Origin: Myxococcota bacterium
Lineage (GTDB): Bacteria; Myxococcota_A; UBA796; CAJQPC01
Assembly: GCA_036012755.1 (NCBI GenBank)
Contig: DASCPX010000190.1
Location: forward strand, 1-64,000
DNA length: 64,000 bases
Reading direction: 5' to 3'
A program made the position numbers and the translations under genes. Below, piece after piece: positions 29,039 to 39,068 of the stretch (position 1 is the stretch's first letter; every line of letters begins with the position of its first letter). Below the pieces are notes generated by a model. That model did no database searches. It had not been told where the DNA came from and was given only the letters and a program-made list of their open reading frames with translations.

Positions 29039-29506
29039 ATGTGGATGGGCCGCCAGCGCCACTGCAGCCTGCTCCTGGGAGCCGCGACAGTGTTCGTGTC
29101 GGGCTGCGAGCTCGACAACTCCTATCGCCCCTACCCGGAGCCTGGCTTCGACACCTACGTCGTTTCGGTGCAGCCCATCGTGTCCGAGAGCTGCGCTTCG
29201 CTGGGCTGCCACGGCACCTACGATCGCCGCCTGACCCTCTTCGCAGAGGACTACCTCCGGGGCGAGGCGGCCGTGACCGGGACTCCCCTCGAGGACCGCC
29301 TGACCGAGGCCGAGCTGGCCTGGAACTACGACGGGATGCGGATGCGGCTGGCTGACGAGGTCGACGCGGACACGAGCTTCCTGTTGCTCAAGTGCCTGGA
29401 TCCCGAGCTGGGGGGAATCCGCCACGCAGAGGACGAGGTGGTCTTCGACTCGGTCGACGACCCCGACTACCGCGCCCTGCGCGACTGGATCGAGGAGGGG
29501 CTCTGA
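29039..29506 (+). CDS. lipoprotein with CX4CH heme-like motif
   Basis: VSGC lipobox; VQPIV..SCASLGCHG; SFLLLK..GGIRH..Y..LRDWI. Confidence 0.7.
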   Translation: MWMGRQRHCSLLLGAATVFVSGCELDNSYRPYPEPGFDTYVVSVQPIVSESCASLGCHGTYDRRLTLFAEDYLRGEAAVTGTPLEDRLTEAELAWNYDGMRMRLADEVDADTSFLLLKCLDPELGGIRHAEDEVVFDSVDDPDYRALRDWIEEGL

Positions 29507-30603
29507 GTATCCGGGGCGGGTACGCGATCCTGCTGCTGTGTCTCTCCTGCGCCACCCGGCAGCAGGTCGAGCTGACGGAGCAGGTAGGCCTAGGCGTCTA
29601 CGTCAACGACGACGATCTCCGGGTGATCGCCCCCTCCGCGGGGGTGGACCTGGTGAGCGGACCGTGGAGCGGCGGAGTCGGTGGGGAGATGGACGCGATC
29701 AGCGGGGCGACCATCGACGCGATCAGCGGGGCGACGCCCGGCTTCCGCGAGAACCGGTACGAGCTGGACCTGGACGGGGGCTGGGAGGGCGAGTCCTCGC
29801 GCCTGAACGCGGGCATCTACGGCGCCACGGAGAGCGACACGCGCAGCATCACGGGCAGCCTCGGCGGAGAGCTGGATCTCTTCCAGGAGAACCTCACCCT
29901 CGGGCTGAGCTACGGCCACGCCGAGTACCGCCAGGGCGAGGTCGAGGAGCCCTCGGAGCTCTGGGACCGCAAGGGGATCGACCAGATCGATCTCAGCGCC
30001 TCCCAGCTCCTGAGCCCCTCGACCGTGGTGCTGGGCGGCTTCACCTTCCAGCGCCTCGCCGGAGAGCTCGACAGCCCCTACCTCGACGTCCCGATCTTCC
30101 CGGCCGACGAGACACTGTGGACCCGCCGCCACGCCCAGTGGGTCCACGAGCGCCACCCCGACACGCGCCTGCGCTATGCCCTGACCCTGGAGGGTCGCCA
30201 GGCCCTGACCGAGCGCATGTTCCTGCACGCCGTCTACGTCGGCTACCTGGACTCCTGGGCCATGCGCGCCAACACGGGCGAGCTCGGCGTCTCGGCGGAC
30301 CTGGGCAGGGACGTCATCCTGGAGGTGCACGAGCGCTTCTACTGGCAGTCCTCTGTCAGCTTCTACCGCTCCGTCTACACGGTGAACCGCGACTACATCA
30401 CCCGGGATCGGCGCCTGGGTGAGCAGTGGACGAGCACCAGTGGCCTGGTCCTGACCCACCATGGAGAGCGCCTCACTCCGCACCTGGCGCTGGACTTCCG
30501 CGTCACCCACTACGACGACTTCTACGGGATCATCGGAGAGGAGCTGGTGCCGGTCCAGCGGCACCTCGCAGGCATCGCCCAGGTGGGTGCCAGCTTCGAG
30601 TAG
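29503..30603 (+). CDS. DUF3570 family outer-membrane protein
   Basis: DAISGAT x2, ERHPDTR.R, Y.DSW...ANT, RFYWQS..FY, YITRDRRL; start probably CTG 29503. Confidence 0.82.
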   Translation: MSIRGGYAILLLCLSCATRQQVELTEQVGLGVYVNDDDLRVIAPSAGVDLVSGPWSGGVGGEMDAISGATIDAISGATPGFRENRYELDLDGGWEGESSRLNAGIYGATESDTRSITGSLGGELDLFQENLTLGLSYGHAEYRQGEVEEPSELWDRKGIDQIDLSASQLLSPSTVVLGGFTFQRLAGELDSPYLDVPIFPADETLWTRRHAQWVHERHPDTRLRYALTLEGRQALTERMFLHAVYVGYLDSWAMRANTGELGVSADLGRDVILEVHERFYWQSSVSFYRSVYTVNRDYITRDRRLGEQWTSTSGLVLTHHGERLTPHLALDFRVTHYDDFYGIIGEELVPVQRHLAGIAQVGASFE

Positions 30604-30631
30604 GCCGCCCGACCCGGGCGACAGCTCACGC

Positions 30632-31459
30632 TCAGCGGATCCCCTTGCGGGCGTCCTCCCCCGGAAGCCGCCCCTGGACCAGCTCCAAGAGCGCCTCCGC
30701 TGGCACCGACAGGGGCAGGATGGTCGGCGTGACCAGCAGATCCGTGGCCAGCTGCCCGCCGCTCACGGTCGGACCAAAGGGCCCCCAGAAGGCACCGTCC
30801 GCGGTGATGGTGAGCTCGGGTGGGACCTCGCCGCGGGTGACCTCGAGCCCAGCCTGGTGATCTCGCGCGCGACCCCGGCGGACCACTGGCCGGACGACGT
30901 GCTCGTCTGGGGGGACTCCGAGCTCGGACAGCAGGGCGCGGAGGCACTCGAGGTCCTGCTCGCCGATCGACGAAGAGGTGGTCGCGACGCGCACCGCGAG
31001 CCCGCGAGACCGCAGCCCCTCGATGGCTTCGACCGTGGCTCGAAAGGCCCCGGGACCTCTGAGGCGGTCGTTCTCGGCGGGCACCGCGGAGTCGATGGAG
31101 AGCTGCAGCCTCACAGGGCGTCCCCTCAGCACCTCGAGCTCGTCGAGGACCGCGCCGACCAGCAGGCTGCCGTTGCTCAGGACAACCAGCGGGAGCAGCT
31201 CGGAGAGCTCGGACAACAGCGCGGGCATGCCGTCGATGAGGAAGGGCTCGCCGCCGGTGACACCGAGGGCCTCGAAGCCGAGCTCCCTGGCCTGCCGGGC
31301 GAGCTCCAGCATGACCTCCCTGCCGAGCCGCCGGGGAGCCGCGGAGGGCGAGGAGCCCGTCAGGCAGTAGCCGCAGGCGAGGTTGCAGTCGAAGTTGGCG
31401 TAGAGCCAGAGCCGCCCGGGCAGCAGGCCGCTGGCGATGGCCTCGTTCACGCTCTCCAT
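30632..31459 (-). CDS. radical SAM protein (Rv1681/ArsS-like neighbourhood)
   Basis: CNLACGYC, TGGEPF, SNG, QLSIDS, PELTITADG. Confidence 0.85.
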   Translation of the reverse strand: MESVNEAIASGLLPGRLWLYANFDCNLACGYCLTGSSPSAAPRRLGREVMLELARQARELGFEALGVTGGEPFLIDGMPALLSELSELLPLVVLSNGSLLVGAVLDELEVLRGRPVRLQLSIDSAVPAENDRLRGPGAFRATVEAIEGLRSRGLAVRVATTSSSIGEQDLECLRALLSELGVPPDEHVVRPVVRRGRARDHQAGLEVTRGEVPPELTITADGAFWGPFGPTVSGGQLATDLLVTPTILPLSVPAEALLELVQGRLPGEDARKGIR

Positions 31460-31612
31460 CGGCGGACCGCTATCTCCCGGTGGGTGGTCTCACAAGCTCG
31501 GGCCAGGAGGGTGGCGTGGGGGCGAGCAGGAGCAACACCTCCAGGGTAGTTGCGCGGTTATCGCCAGACATGCTCGAGCTGCTCTTTCCGGACCGGGACT
31601 CGATGAGCCGCC

Positions 31613-33535
31613 ATGTGTGACACCGCCGTCGTCGTCCTCTCGGACCGGGTGCTCTTCGCGAAGAACTCGGACCGGGACGCAAACGAGGCCCAGCTGCTGC
31701 AGTGGCACCCGCGACGCTCCCACGAGCCGGGGGCTGTCTTGGCCTGCACACACATAGAGATCCCCCAGGTCGAGCAGACCAACGCCGTCCTGCTGAGTCG
31801 GCCCTTCTGGATCTGGGGGGCCGAGATCGGAGCCAACGAGCACGGCGTCGTGATCGGAAACGAGGCGGTCTGGACCACCCAACCCATGGAGAAGACCGGG
31901 CTTCTGGGCATGGACCTGCTGCGTTTGGCCCTGGAGCGAGCGGCCAGCGCACAGCAGGCCGTCGAGGTCATCGTGAGCCTGCTGGAGCGCCACGGGCAGG
32001 GGGGACGCTGCGGGCTGGAGCACGCCGGCTTCACCTACCACAACAGCTTCCTCGTCGCGGACCCGACCGGCGCCTTCGTCCTGGAGACAGCAGGCCGAAA
32101 GACCGCCGTCGAGCGAGTCGAGGGCGCCCGGAGCATCTCCAACGGGCTGACCATCGAGGGCTTCGCGGAGCAGCACTCCAAGAAGCTGGAGACCTGGGCC
32201 AGCGACTGCCGGACTCGACGGCACCGGACAGAGACGCTGGCCTCCGAGGCACGCACCGCCGGGGACATGATGGCCCTGCTCAGGGACCACGGAGAGCAGG
32301 GATCACGTCCCCGGTACTCCTGCTTCAACGGCACCCTGCATGCCCCCTGCATGCACGGCGGCGGCATCGTCGCCAACTCGGTGACGACCGCCTCCTGGGT
32401 GGCCGAGTTGAGCCCCGAAGGCATCCGCCACTGGGCGACCGGGACCTCCTCCCCCTGCCTCGGCCTGTTCAAGCCCGTCGAGGTCCTCTGTCCGGTCGAC
32501 ACCGGCCCCGACGCCACCGAAACAGACGACGGCCAGAGCTTGTGGTGGCGACACGAGCGCCTCCACCGGGCAGCACTCCGAGACCCTGGGGACCTCGCCT
32601 TCCTAGCCGAGCGAGACGAGGTCGAGGCGCGCTGGCTGGCCGAGCCACCGGAGACGGAGGCAGCCTTCGCAGAGGCCGAGGGCCTGTTGTCCAGGTGGCT
32701 CGAGGAGCTCGTCGCGCCCCCAGAGGTCAGGCCTCTCTGGGCGCGCTGGTACTGGAGTCGGCGCGAGGACACCGCGCGGCTACCCGAACAGCCCCACGAG
32801 CGCGTCCTCGCCGCCTCTGTCGCCTGCGTCTGGCTGGCCACGGCGCTGTTGGTGCTCCATCCCACCTACCGCGACATCGGCGAGAGCTGGCTGGAGCCCT
32901 TGTCCCTGCCGGGCTGGCTGATGTACCCGGTCTGCTTCGCCGAGCTGCTGCTCGGGCTGCGGCTCCTCATCGGCCGCATGCACACCTGGCTGGCCGGACT
33001 CCAGGTGGCGATGGTCGTCGCGTTCACCGTCATCCTGGGGGTGCTCGACCCGTGGCTCCTGGTCCACCCCTTCGGAGTGCTCACCAAGAACCTGCCCCTG
33101 CTCGCGGTGGTCGGCTGCGCCTGGTTCCTGTGGCAGGAGGGCTGGAGCCCCCGCGCCCACTGGCTGCTCCGGATCGGCGTCGCCGTCATCTGGCTGACAG
33201 AGGGGCTCTTCCCGAAGATCCTCTTCCAGCAGCCCCTGGAGCTGGAGATGGTGGCCGCCGCCGCCCCTGCGGTCGGTCTGCCCGTGGAACCCAGCCACTT
33301 CCTGGTCGCGATGGGCCTGGCACAGATCGCCTCCGGCCTCGGCGTGCTGCTGCTGAGGGGCCGGGCGCTGAAGCTCCTGCTCCTCCTCCAGGCAGCCGCC
33401 CTGGTCCTCCTCCCCTTGATGGTGACCTGGCAGGATCCCTCTGTCTGGCTCCATCCCTTCGGGCCGCTGACCAAGAACATCCCCATCCTGGTGGGGACCC
33501 TCGTCCTGGCGAGTCGTTGCTCTACCTCGCGCTGA
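31613..33535 (+). CDS. C69/secernin-family Ntn hydrolase fused to two DoxX-like membrane domains
   Basis: [46 protein letters not shown]-terminal HPFG.LTKN x2. Confidence 0.85.
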   Translation: MCDTAVVVLSDRVLFAKNSDRDANEAQLLQWHPRRSHEPGAVLACTHIEIPQVEQTNAVLLSRPFWIWGAEIGANEHGVVIGNEAVWTTQPMEKTGLLGMDLLRLALERAASAQQAVEVIVSLLERHGQGGRCGLEHAGFTYHNSFLVADPTGAFVLETAGRKTAVERVEGARSISNGLTIEGFAEQHSKKLETWASDCRTRRHRTETLASEARTAGDMMALLRDHGEQGSRPRYSCFNGTLHAPCMHGGGIVANSVTTASWVAELSPEGIRHWATGTSSPCLGLFKPVEVLCPVDTGPDATETDDGQSLWWRHERLHRAALRDPGDLAFLAERDEVEARWLAEPPETEAAFAEAEGLLSRWLEELVAPPEVRPLWARWYWSRREDTARLPEQPHERVLAASVACVWLATALLVLHPTYRDIGESWLEPLSLPGWLMYPVCFAELLLGLRLLIGRMHTWLAGLQVAMVVAFTVILGVLDPWLLVHPFGVLTKNLPLLAVVGCAWFLWQEGWSPRAHWLLRIGVAVIWLTEGLFPKILFQQPLELEMVAAAAPAVGLPVEPSHFLVAMGLAQIASGLGVLLLRGRALKLLLLLQAAALVLLPLMVTWQDPSVWLHPFGPLTKNIPILVGTLVLASRCSTSR

Positions 33536-33984
33536 AGTCCCTGCACGTCCTCTCTGTCGTGGTCTTCCTCGGCACCGGGGCGGGCTCGGCCTGGTACAAG
33601 TTCCGCGCGGACCGCTCCGGTGACGTCGCCGTCGTCGTCTGGTGCCAGCGCGAGATCGTCCGGGCCGACTGGATCTTCACCGTGCCCTCGGGCGTCCTGC
33701 TTCCGCTGACCGGCATCGCCCTGGTGGAGATCGGACCCTGGACCTACGGGATGCCCTGGGTCAGCCTCGGCATCGTCCTCTTCGCCATCGCCGGGCTGAC
33801 CTGGCTGCCCGCGGCATTCCTCCAACTCCGCATGCGCCGCCTCGCAGAAGAGGCGCTGTCCGCCGGGACGGAGCTGCCAGCGGCCTTTCACCGCGACCGC
33901 CGGATCTGGATGGCCCTGGGCTTCCCCTCCTTCCTGGCAGCGATCGCCACCGTCTGGTTGATGACCGCCAAGTACATGGGCTGA
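33517..33984 (+). CDS. DUF2269 family membrane protein
   Basis: TTG start; LKSLHV..GTGAG.A, RADWIFT, WLPAA.LQ, WLMTAK. Confidence 0.88.
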   Translation: MLYLALKSLHVLSVVVFLGTGAGSAWYKFRADRSGDVAVVVWCQREIVRADWIFTVPSGVLLPLTGIALVEIGPWTYGMPWVSLGIVLFAIAGLTWLPAAFLQLRMRRLAEEALSAGTELPAAFHRDRRIWMALGFPSFLAAIATVWLMTAKYMG

Positions 33985-33988
33985 GCCC

Positions 33989-34043
33989 TTGACCTTCTTC
34001 GACCTCTGTCATAAAACATGCCGGCCAGCCGGTTTCTTTTATG
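33989..34043 (+). promoter_or_regulatory. sigma70-like promoter overlapped by palindromic TetR operator
   Basis: TTGACC-17bp-TAAAAC; inverted repeat CATAAAA..CCGGC-ca-GCCGG..TTTTATG ending on the TetR ATG. Confidence 0.55.
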
Positions 34044-34640
34044 ACCCTCCCCCGCCGCACCCAGGCAGAGCGCAGCGCGACCACACGGTCGGCCCTGTTG
34101 AAGGCGACCGTGGAGACCCTCGTGCACAGCGGTCACCGGGGGGCCACCAACGCCGAGATCTGCAGGCGGGCCCGGGTCTCGAGGGGAGCCCTGCTCCACC
34201 ACTACGCGACCAAGGCAGAGCTCTTCACGGCGGCTGTCGAGCACCTCTTCGAGCTCCGCCACGCGGAGCTGAGGCGGCTCGATGAAGAGGTCCCCCCGAG
34301 CCAGCGGGTCGACGAGGCCTTTCGTCGTCTCTGGGCGATCTACGCAGGCCCCACCAGCGTCGCCTGGATGGAGTTGGTCATCGCCGCCCGCTCGGATCCG
34401 GAGCTCCGGGCCCGGCTCCAGGAGGTCAGCCTTCGCCTCGAAGAGCGCGCCGAAGACACCCTGAGCCGGCTCTTCGGCCTGTCGAGCAGCGTGCCCGCCC
34501 GACCCGGCATCCGCATGGTCCTGGCCCAGCTCGACGGGCTGGCCTTTCACCACCTGCTCCACGGTGACGAGCAGGCGGCGACCGAAGCCCTGGCGCTCTT
34601 CAAGGCGCTGGTCGAGCCCTTCGTCCAGGAGGCCCGGTGA
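34041..34640 (+). CDS. TetR/AcrR family regulator
   Basis: RRTQAERS..TR..LL, VSRGALLHHY.TK.ELF. Confidence 0.93.
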   Translation: MTLPRRTQAERSATTRSALLKATVETLVHSGHRGATNAEICRRARVSRGALLHHYATKAELFTAAVEHLFELRHAELRRLDEEVPPSQRVDEAFRRLWAIYAGPTSVAWMELVIAARSDPELRARLQEVSLRLEERAEDTLSRLFGLSSSVPARPGIRMVLAQLDGLAFHHLLHGDEQAATEALALFKALVEPFVQEAR

Positions 34641-35815
34641 TCCTGCTGTTGTCCTGTACGAACACACAGTGGGCCCCCGACGCGGTGCTCCCCCTGCTGG
34701 CACTGCCCGGCTGCAATGCGGTCAGCGTGGTCGAGGGCGCCTTCGTCCCGCAGGGGAGCGAGCTCACGGCCAGCCCGGAGCCCTGCACCGCCCCCTTCCA
34801 CGCCACCGCGGGGGCCCGGGACAGCACGCTGCTCATCGAGTCCGACGCCGAGCTCCGCATCGAGGATCTCGCCGGCGGGTCCCTGTCCAACCCCGTCGTC
34901 CTGCAGCGCAGCGGCGAGGTCCTCGTCCACGTCGACGCCACGGACACCTACTGGCTGAGCGTCACCTGCCTGGAGGGCTGCGAGGCCGAGTACACGCGCT
35001 ACCCCGTGGTCCTCATGCACGGCATGGGCGGCTCGGACGCCTTCGGCGGCGTGCCCTACTTCTTCCGGGTCGAGGAGACCCTGGAAGAGCTCGGCTTCGA
35101 GATCCAGGCACCTCCAGTCACGCCCTTCGCCACCGCCGCCCAGCGCGCTCCAGAGTGGGAAGTGCACCTCGAGCTGCTCCGAGCAGAGGGAGTCGGCCGC
35201 AAGTTCAACCTGCTCGGCCACTCACAGGGCGGGCTGGACGCTCGCTACCTCGTCGGCGGCCTCGGTCGCGCCGATCTCGTCGCCTCGATCACCACGGTCG
35301 GCTCCCCACACCAGGGAACCCGCACCGCGGACTTGATCTACGGCGTGGTCGAGGACGGCACGGTCGATGCCGCCTGGGTGGACGTCGGGGCAGAGGTCTT
35401 TGCGGCCTTGTTCGGCCTCGAGGGCGACGACAACAGCCTCGTCGAGGCCATGGAAGGGCTCACGACCGAGGCGATGGCCGAATTCAACGAGACCGTGCCC
35501 GACGACCCCGAGATCCCGCTGTGGTCCTGGGCCGGCGGGACCTGCGGCGCCCTCGAGTTCGACTGCCAGCAAGCTCGCGACGGAGAGATCGTCGATCCCC
35601 TCCTAGCTCCCACCTGGCTGATCCTCTGGCTCGACGGCCAGGACAGCGACGGCATGGTGCCCATCGACTCGGCGACCTGGGGCACCTTCCTGGGAGAGCT
35701 GAACGCGGATCACGCTGATTTGGCCGGCATCTTCGAGGACGAGGCCACCGACGCCTTCGACCACCTCGCCTTCTACACCGACGAGACCCGGCGCCTCCAC
35801 GCCCAGGGACTGTGA
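34637..35815 (+). CDS. triacylglycerol lipase-like alpha/beta hydrolase lipoprotein
   Basis: YPVVLMHG, GHSQGG, SPHQG, SDGMVP, ADH. Confidence 0.9.
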   Translation: MILLLSCTNTQWAPDAVLPLLALPGCNAVSVVEGAFVPQGSELTASPEPCTAPFHATAGARDSTLLIESDAELRIEDLAGGSLSNPVVLQRSGEVLVHVDATDTYWLSVTCLEGCEAEYTRYPVVLMHGMGGSDAFGGVPYFFRVEETLEELGFEIQAPPVTPFATAAQRAPEWEVHLELLRAEGVGRKFNLLGHSQGGLDARYLVGGLGRADLVASITTVGSPHQGTRTADLIYGVVEDGTVDAAWVDVGAEVFAALFGLEGDDNSLVEAMEGLTTEAMAEFNETVPDDPEIPLWSWAGGTCGALEFDCQQARDGEIVDPLLAPTWLILWLDGQDSDGMVPIDSATWGTFLGELNADHADLAGIFEDEATDAFDHLAFYTDETRRLHAQGL

Positions 35816-36222
35816 TGAACACGGACGACGTCCTCCAGCAGACCTTCCAGGCCTGCCCCTTCCACCGCTACCTCCGCGCCGAACTCCGCGTCCTCGAGCC
35901 GGGTCTCGTCGAGGTCGAGATCCCCTGGTTCGAGGATCTGGACCAGGCCATGGGCAGGCTGCATGGCGGCGTCTACGCGGCCTTGCTCCACGCCTCCAGC
36001 TACTACGCGGCCCTGAGCGCCTAGGCGTCGCTGAGCCAGCTGCCCCTGACCCAGGAGTACAAGATCAACCTCTTGCGCTCCGTGGAGAAGGAGCCGCTGG
36101 TGGGCCGAAGCCGCGTACTCCAGGCCGGACGCCGGGTCGCGGTGGTGGAGACCCGCATCTCCAGCCCCAGCGTGGAGCTCGCCGCGATCGGCCTCAGCAG
36201 CCTGGTGATCCGCACACGCTGA
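35812..36222 (+). pseudogene. PaaI/hotdog thioesterase interrupted by in-frame TAG
   Basis: LHGGVYAALL..YAALSA*ASL..TQEYKINLLR..GRRVAVVE continues in frame past TAG 36022-36024. Confidence 0.8.
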
Positions 36223-36226
36223 GGGC

Positions 36227-37023
36227 CTACAGGGGGCCCGAGCCGGGACCCTTGCCGCAGTCCGCGCCGCCCTCGTAGGGCTCCGTGTTCACCTGTCCCC
36301 CGCCCAGGAGACTGCCGACGACGAGCGCGCCGGTGACCAGGCCAGGGGTGAAGGTGGTGTCGGCAAAGGGGGCCAGGATGGAGACGTGGTGGTTGCCGCC
36401 CGAGAGCTCGAGGGTCTCTGCGGCGTGGAGGTTCAAGAGCGTCGTCTTCGCCGAGGTGCCGCCGGAATAGGTCCAGACCAGCGAGTCGGACTCCACGTAC
36501 GTATCGGCGACGTTGATGATCAGCTCGGCGTCGGCCGGGCCGTCGATGTGAAGGCCCCAGGAGTCCCGAAGGTCGTCACCGGAGAGCTCGACGACGTTTT
36601 CCCCCGAGGAGAGCTCGATCTGGATCTCGCCGTAGACGATGTTCGAAGACGCCGTGGGCGCCAGGGCGGCAGCAGTGGCCGAGACGAGCTCGAAGTGAAC
36701 GCCCAGGTCCTCGAGATCCAAGGTGGGCTCGAAGGCCGCGCCCTCGGACAGGCTGCCGATGATCGAGAGCATCGAGTTGTCGACGCCGACGAGGGCGACG
36801 TCGCCGTCCACCGTGCCGTAGGTGCCCTCGAGGGAGCTGCCGCTGTCGATGTCCCCGCCGACGTAGCCCGAGCTGATGGACACGTGCCCGCCGGACTCGA
36901 CGCCGCCGTTGTCGATCGAGCCGCTGGTCAGGACCGCGTCACCACCGGTGTAGAGGCTCTTCGGCAGCTTGGCTTCGGCGATGGCGTTGAGGCTGAAGGC
37001 CTCGACATAGAAGGAGCCCAGCG
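36227..37023 (-). pseudogene. choice-of-anchor A/ice-binding-like domain fragment lacking its N-terminus
   Basis: LYTGGD, LIINV, TLLN..A.TL.L, SILAPFA...G...G.LVV; no credible start or signal peptide. Confidence 0.6.
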
Positions 37024-37167
37024 AGGCTCCTCGGACAACAGCGCCGCCGCCAGCTCCTCCGCGTCGAGCTTCCAGTCCTCTTGCTGATCCTCCGTGTAGC
37101 CGTCGCCGACGAGCACGATGTCCAGCCGCTGTGCGGAGGGACCCGTCGAGTGCAGCGTCTCCCAGAC
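37024..37167 (-). pseudogene. fragment of an M64-family peptidase N-terminus
   Basis: GPSAQRLDIVLVGDGYT..QQEDW..DA...LLSEEP, then homology ends. Confidence 0.65.
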
Positions 37168-37209
37168 GCTCCAGGCCCGGCGAGCGGCCGCTGCGGTTAT
37201 CGGCGGACA

Positions 37210-38208
37210 ATGCTGACCATCCTCCTGGCCTGTACACCGAGCGCGACCCCGGACTCGGACCCGGCGACCGACGACTCTGTCGCCTCGATCCCGGACAACT
37301 GCGACCTGCAGCCCACGGGCGAGGTCAGCCTGCCCGCGGACGAGGCCCCTCACGGCGAGGACGTCGAGTGGTGGTACTGGACCGCCCACGTCCAGGACGA
37401 AGAGGGCCGCTGGTACGGCATCGAGGAGACCTTCTTCCTCATGCAGATGGGCACCTACACCGCCACCAGCGCGCACGTGGCCGTGGCGGACATCTCGGCG
37501 GGCACCTTCACCTACGACGTGAACTTCGTCATGGAGGGCCAGGAGAGCACCACCGATGGCTTCGACCTCGTCTCGGAGCAGCAGACCGCCACCGGCAGCG
37601 ACGGCCAGGAGACCCTCCACGGCGAGATCGATGGCTACACCCTGGACCTCGAGCTGAGCGCTTCGAAGCCCCCCGTCTTCCAGCACGGCGACGGCTACCA
37701 CGACTACGAAGTCGGCGGCTACACCTGGTACTACAGCCGCGAGCGCATCGACACGACCGGCACGCTGCTGGTGGGGGAAGAGAGCCGCGCCGTGGAGGGG
37801 CTGGCCTGGATGGACCACCAGTGGGGGGACCTCGGGGACATCTCCACGTCGGGCTGGGACTGGTTCGCGCTGCAGCTCGACGATGGCAGCGAGGTGATGC
37901 TCTTCCTCACGCGGGGCTCGGACACCCTGGTCGGCGGGTCCTTCACGGACTCTGGCTGCAACACCACCGAGCTGGGGCCAGAGGACTTCCAGGTAGAGGC
38001 CCTCGGCGAGTGGACCAGCCCAGCCACGGACTGCACCTACCCACAGGGATGGAGGCTCGAGGTCCTCGGCAAGGATCTGACCGTCACCCCCGAGCTGGCC
38101 GACCAGGAGGTGGACAACGTCATGAACACCTACTGGGAGGGGGCCTCGGTGGTGAGCGGCGATCTCTCAGGTCGCGCCTACGTCGAGCTCGCTGGCTACT
38201 GTCTCTGA
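37210..38208 (+). CDS. AttH/CrtC lipocalin-like lipoprotein
   Basis: H..EWWYW, WYYSR, G.AWMDHQWG, GWDWFALQLDDG, YWEG, GRAYVEL.GY. Confidence 0.9.
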   Translation: MLTILLACTPSATPDSDPATDDSVASIPDNCDLQPTGEVSLPADEAPHGEDVEWWYWTAHVQDEEGRWYGIEETFFLMQMGTYTATSAHVAVADISAGTFTYDVNFVMEGQESTTDGFDLVSEQQTATGSDGQETLHGEIDGYTLDLELSASKPPVFQHGDGYHDYEVGGYTWYYSRERIDTTGTLLVGEESRAVEGLAWMDHQWGDLGDISTSGWDWFALQLDDGSEVMLFLTRGSDTLVGGSFTDSGCNTTELGPEDFQVEALGEWTSPATDCTYPQGWRLEVLGKDLTVTPELADQEVDNVMNTYWEGASVVSGDLSGRAYVELAGYCL

Positions 38209-38940
38209 GAGGGAAAAGGGCGCCATCACCGTGAGCACGCCCACGGGGACCAGGGCGTCCCGGCCTCTGGCCACCTCCTCGCGGCGAGAGCGCTGAGCGA
38301 ACTGGGAGACCACGTCGCGCAGAGCCTGCTTGAACTCCCGCACGGTCTCCGGCGCCAGGTCCATCTGGCCGAAGCCACACTCGGTGGCACCGGGCAGGTC
38401 GTGGTCATCCTTGCGGCGGATCCGGTCGCGGGCGTGCTCGAGCAGGGCGTCCTGAAGGGGGGCGACCACCGCATCACCCATGGCCGGACCGGTCTGCCAG
38501 GACCTCCCCGAGGCGGCCAGGGGCTGGACCCTGCCTCCGGGCGTGCGGCGGATGACCTCGCGCCTCTCGAGCTTCACCAGCCAGGTCTCGACCTGCTCCT
38601 CGGACAAGGGGTGCCTGCGCATCACCGCGGCCGGATCCCAGCGCTCCTTTGCGAGCACCCTCAGGAACCACCAGCACCTGGGCTCGCCCACGAACAGGGC
38701 CTCTTGCGCCTCGGTCAGTCTCCAAGGTGGGCTGGCGTCCACCAGCGCCAGCACGTCCTCGAGATCGAGTCCGAGCACCTCGCAGATCCGGACCACGCGG
38801 TCGAAGGAGCCGTCAGGACCCCGGAAGACCTTCTTGACCCCGGACTCGGACATGCCGAGCTCCTCGGCGAGCCGTGAGTATGTCCACCCGCGGGACTTGA
38901 GCACTCCCTTGAGCACCAGGATGATGTCTTCGTACCTCAT
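38167..38940 (-). CDS. XRE-family HTH transcriptional regulator
   Basis: LK.RGWTY..LAEELGMSESGVKK.F; C-terminal ligand/dimer domain. Confidence 0.85.
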   Translation of the reverse strand: MRYEDIILVLKGVLKSRGWTYSRLAEELGMSESGVKKVFRGPDGSFDRVVRICEVLGLDLEDVLALVDASPPWRLTEAQEALFVGEPRCWWFLRVLAKERWDPAAVMRRHPLSEEQVETWLVKLERREVIRRTPGGRVQPLAASGRSWQTGPAMGDAVVAPLQDALLEHARDRIRRKDDHDLPGATECGFGQMDLAPETVREFKQALRDVVSQFAQRSRREEVARGRDALVPVGVLTVMAPFSLSETVASELDVGAT

Positions 38941-39068
38941 CGATACCTCCTGCCCACAAGGTGCCCACATCCGGGCCCTGCATCGCTACGAAACCGAATA
39001 AGTACCCGATTCCGGTCCTCCTTCGTGGCCTCAGGACCTAAACGACTACAGATTGCCCGGAGGAAGGC

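Noticed and set aside
31460..31560. Selenocysteine readthrough: TGA at 31490-31492 is in frame with the radical SAM gene
   Set aside because: The upstream frame is antisense to the C69 gene, has no Sec-type redox motif, and ATG 31459 has a plausible RBS of its own
36022..36024. Pyrrolysine or alternative genetic code
   Set aside because: TAG is a normal stop for many genes here (e.g. 5919, 30603, 52784), and no pyl genes are visible
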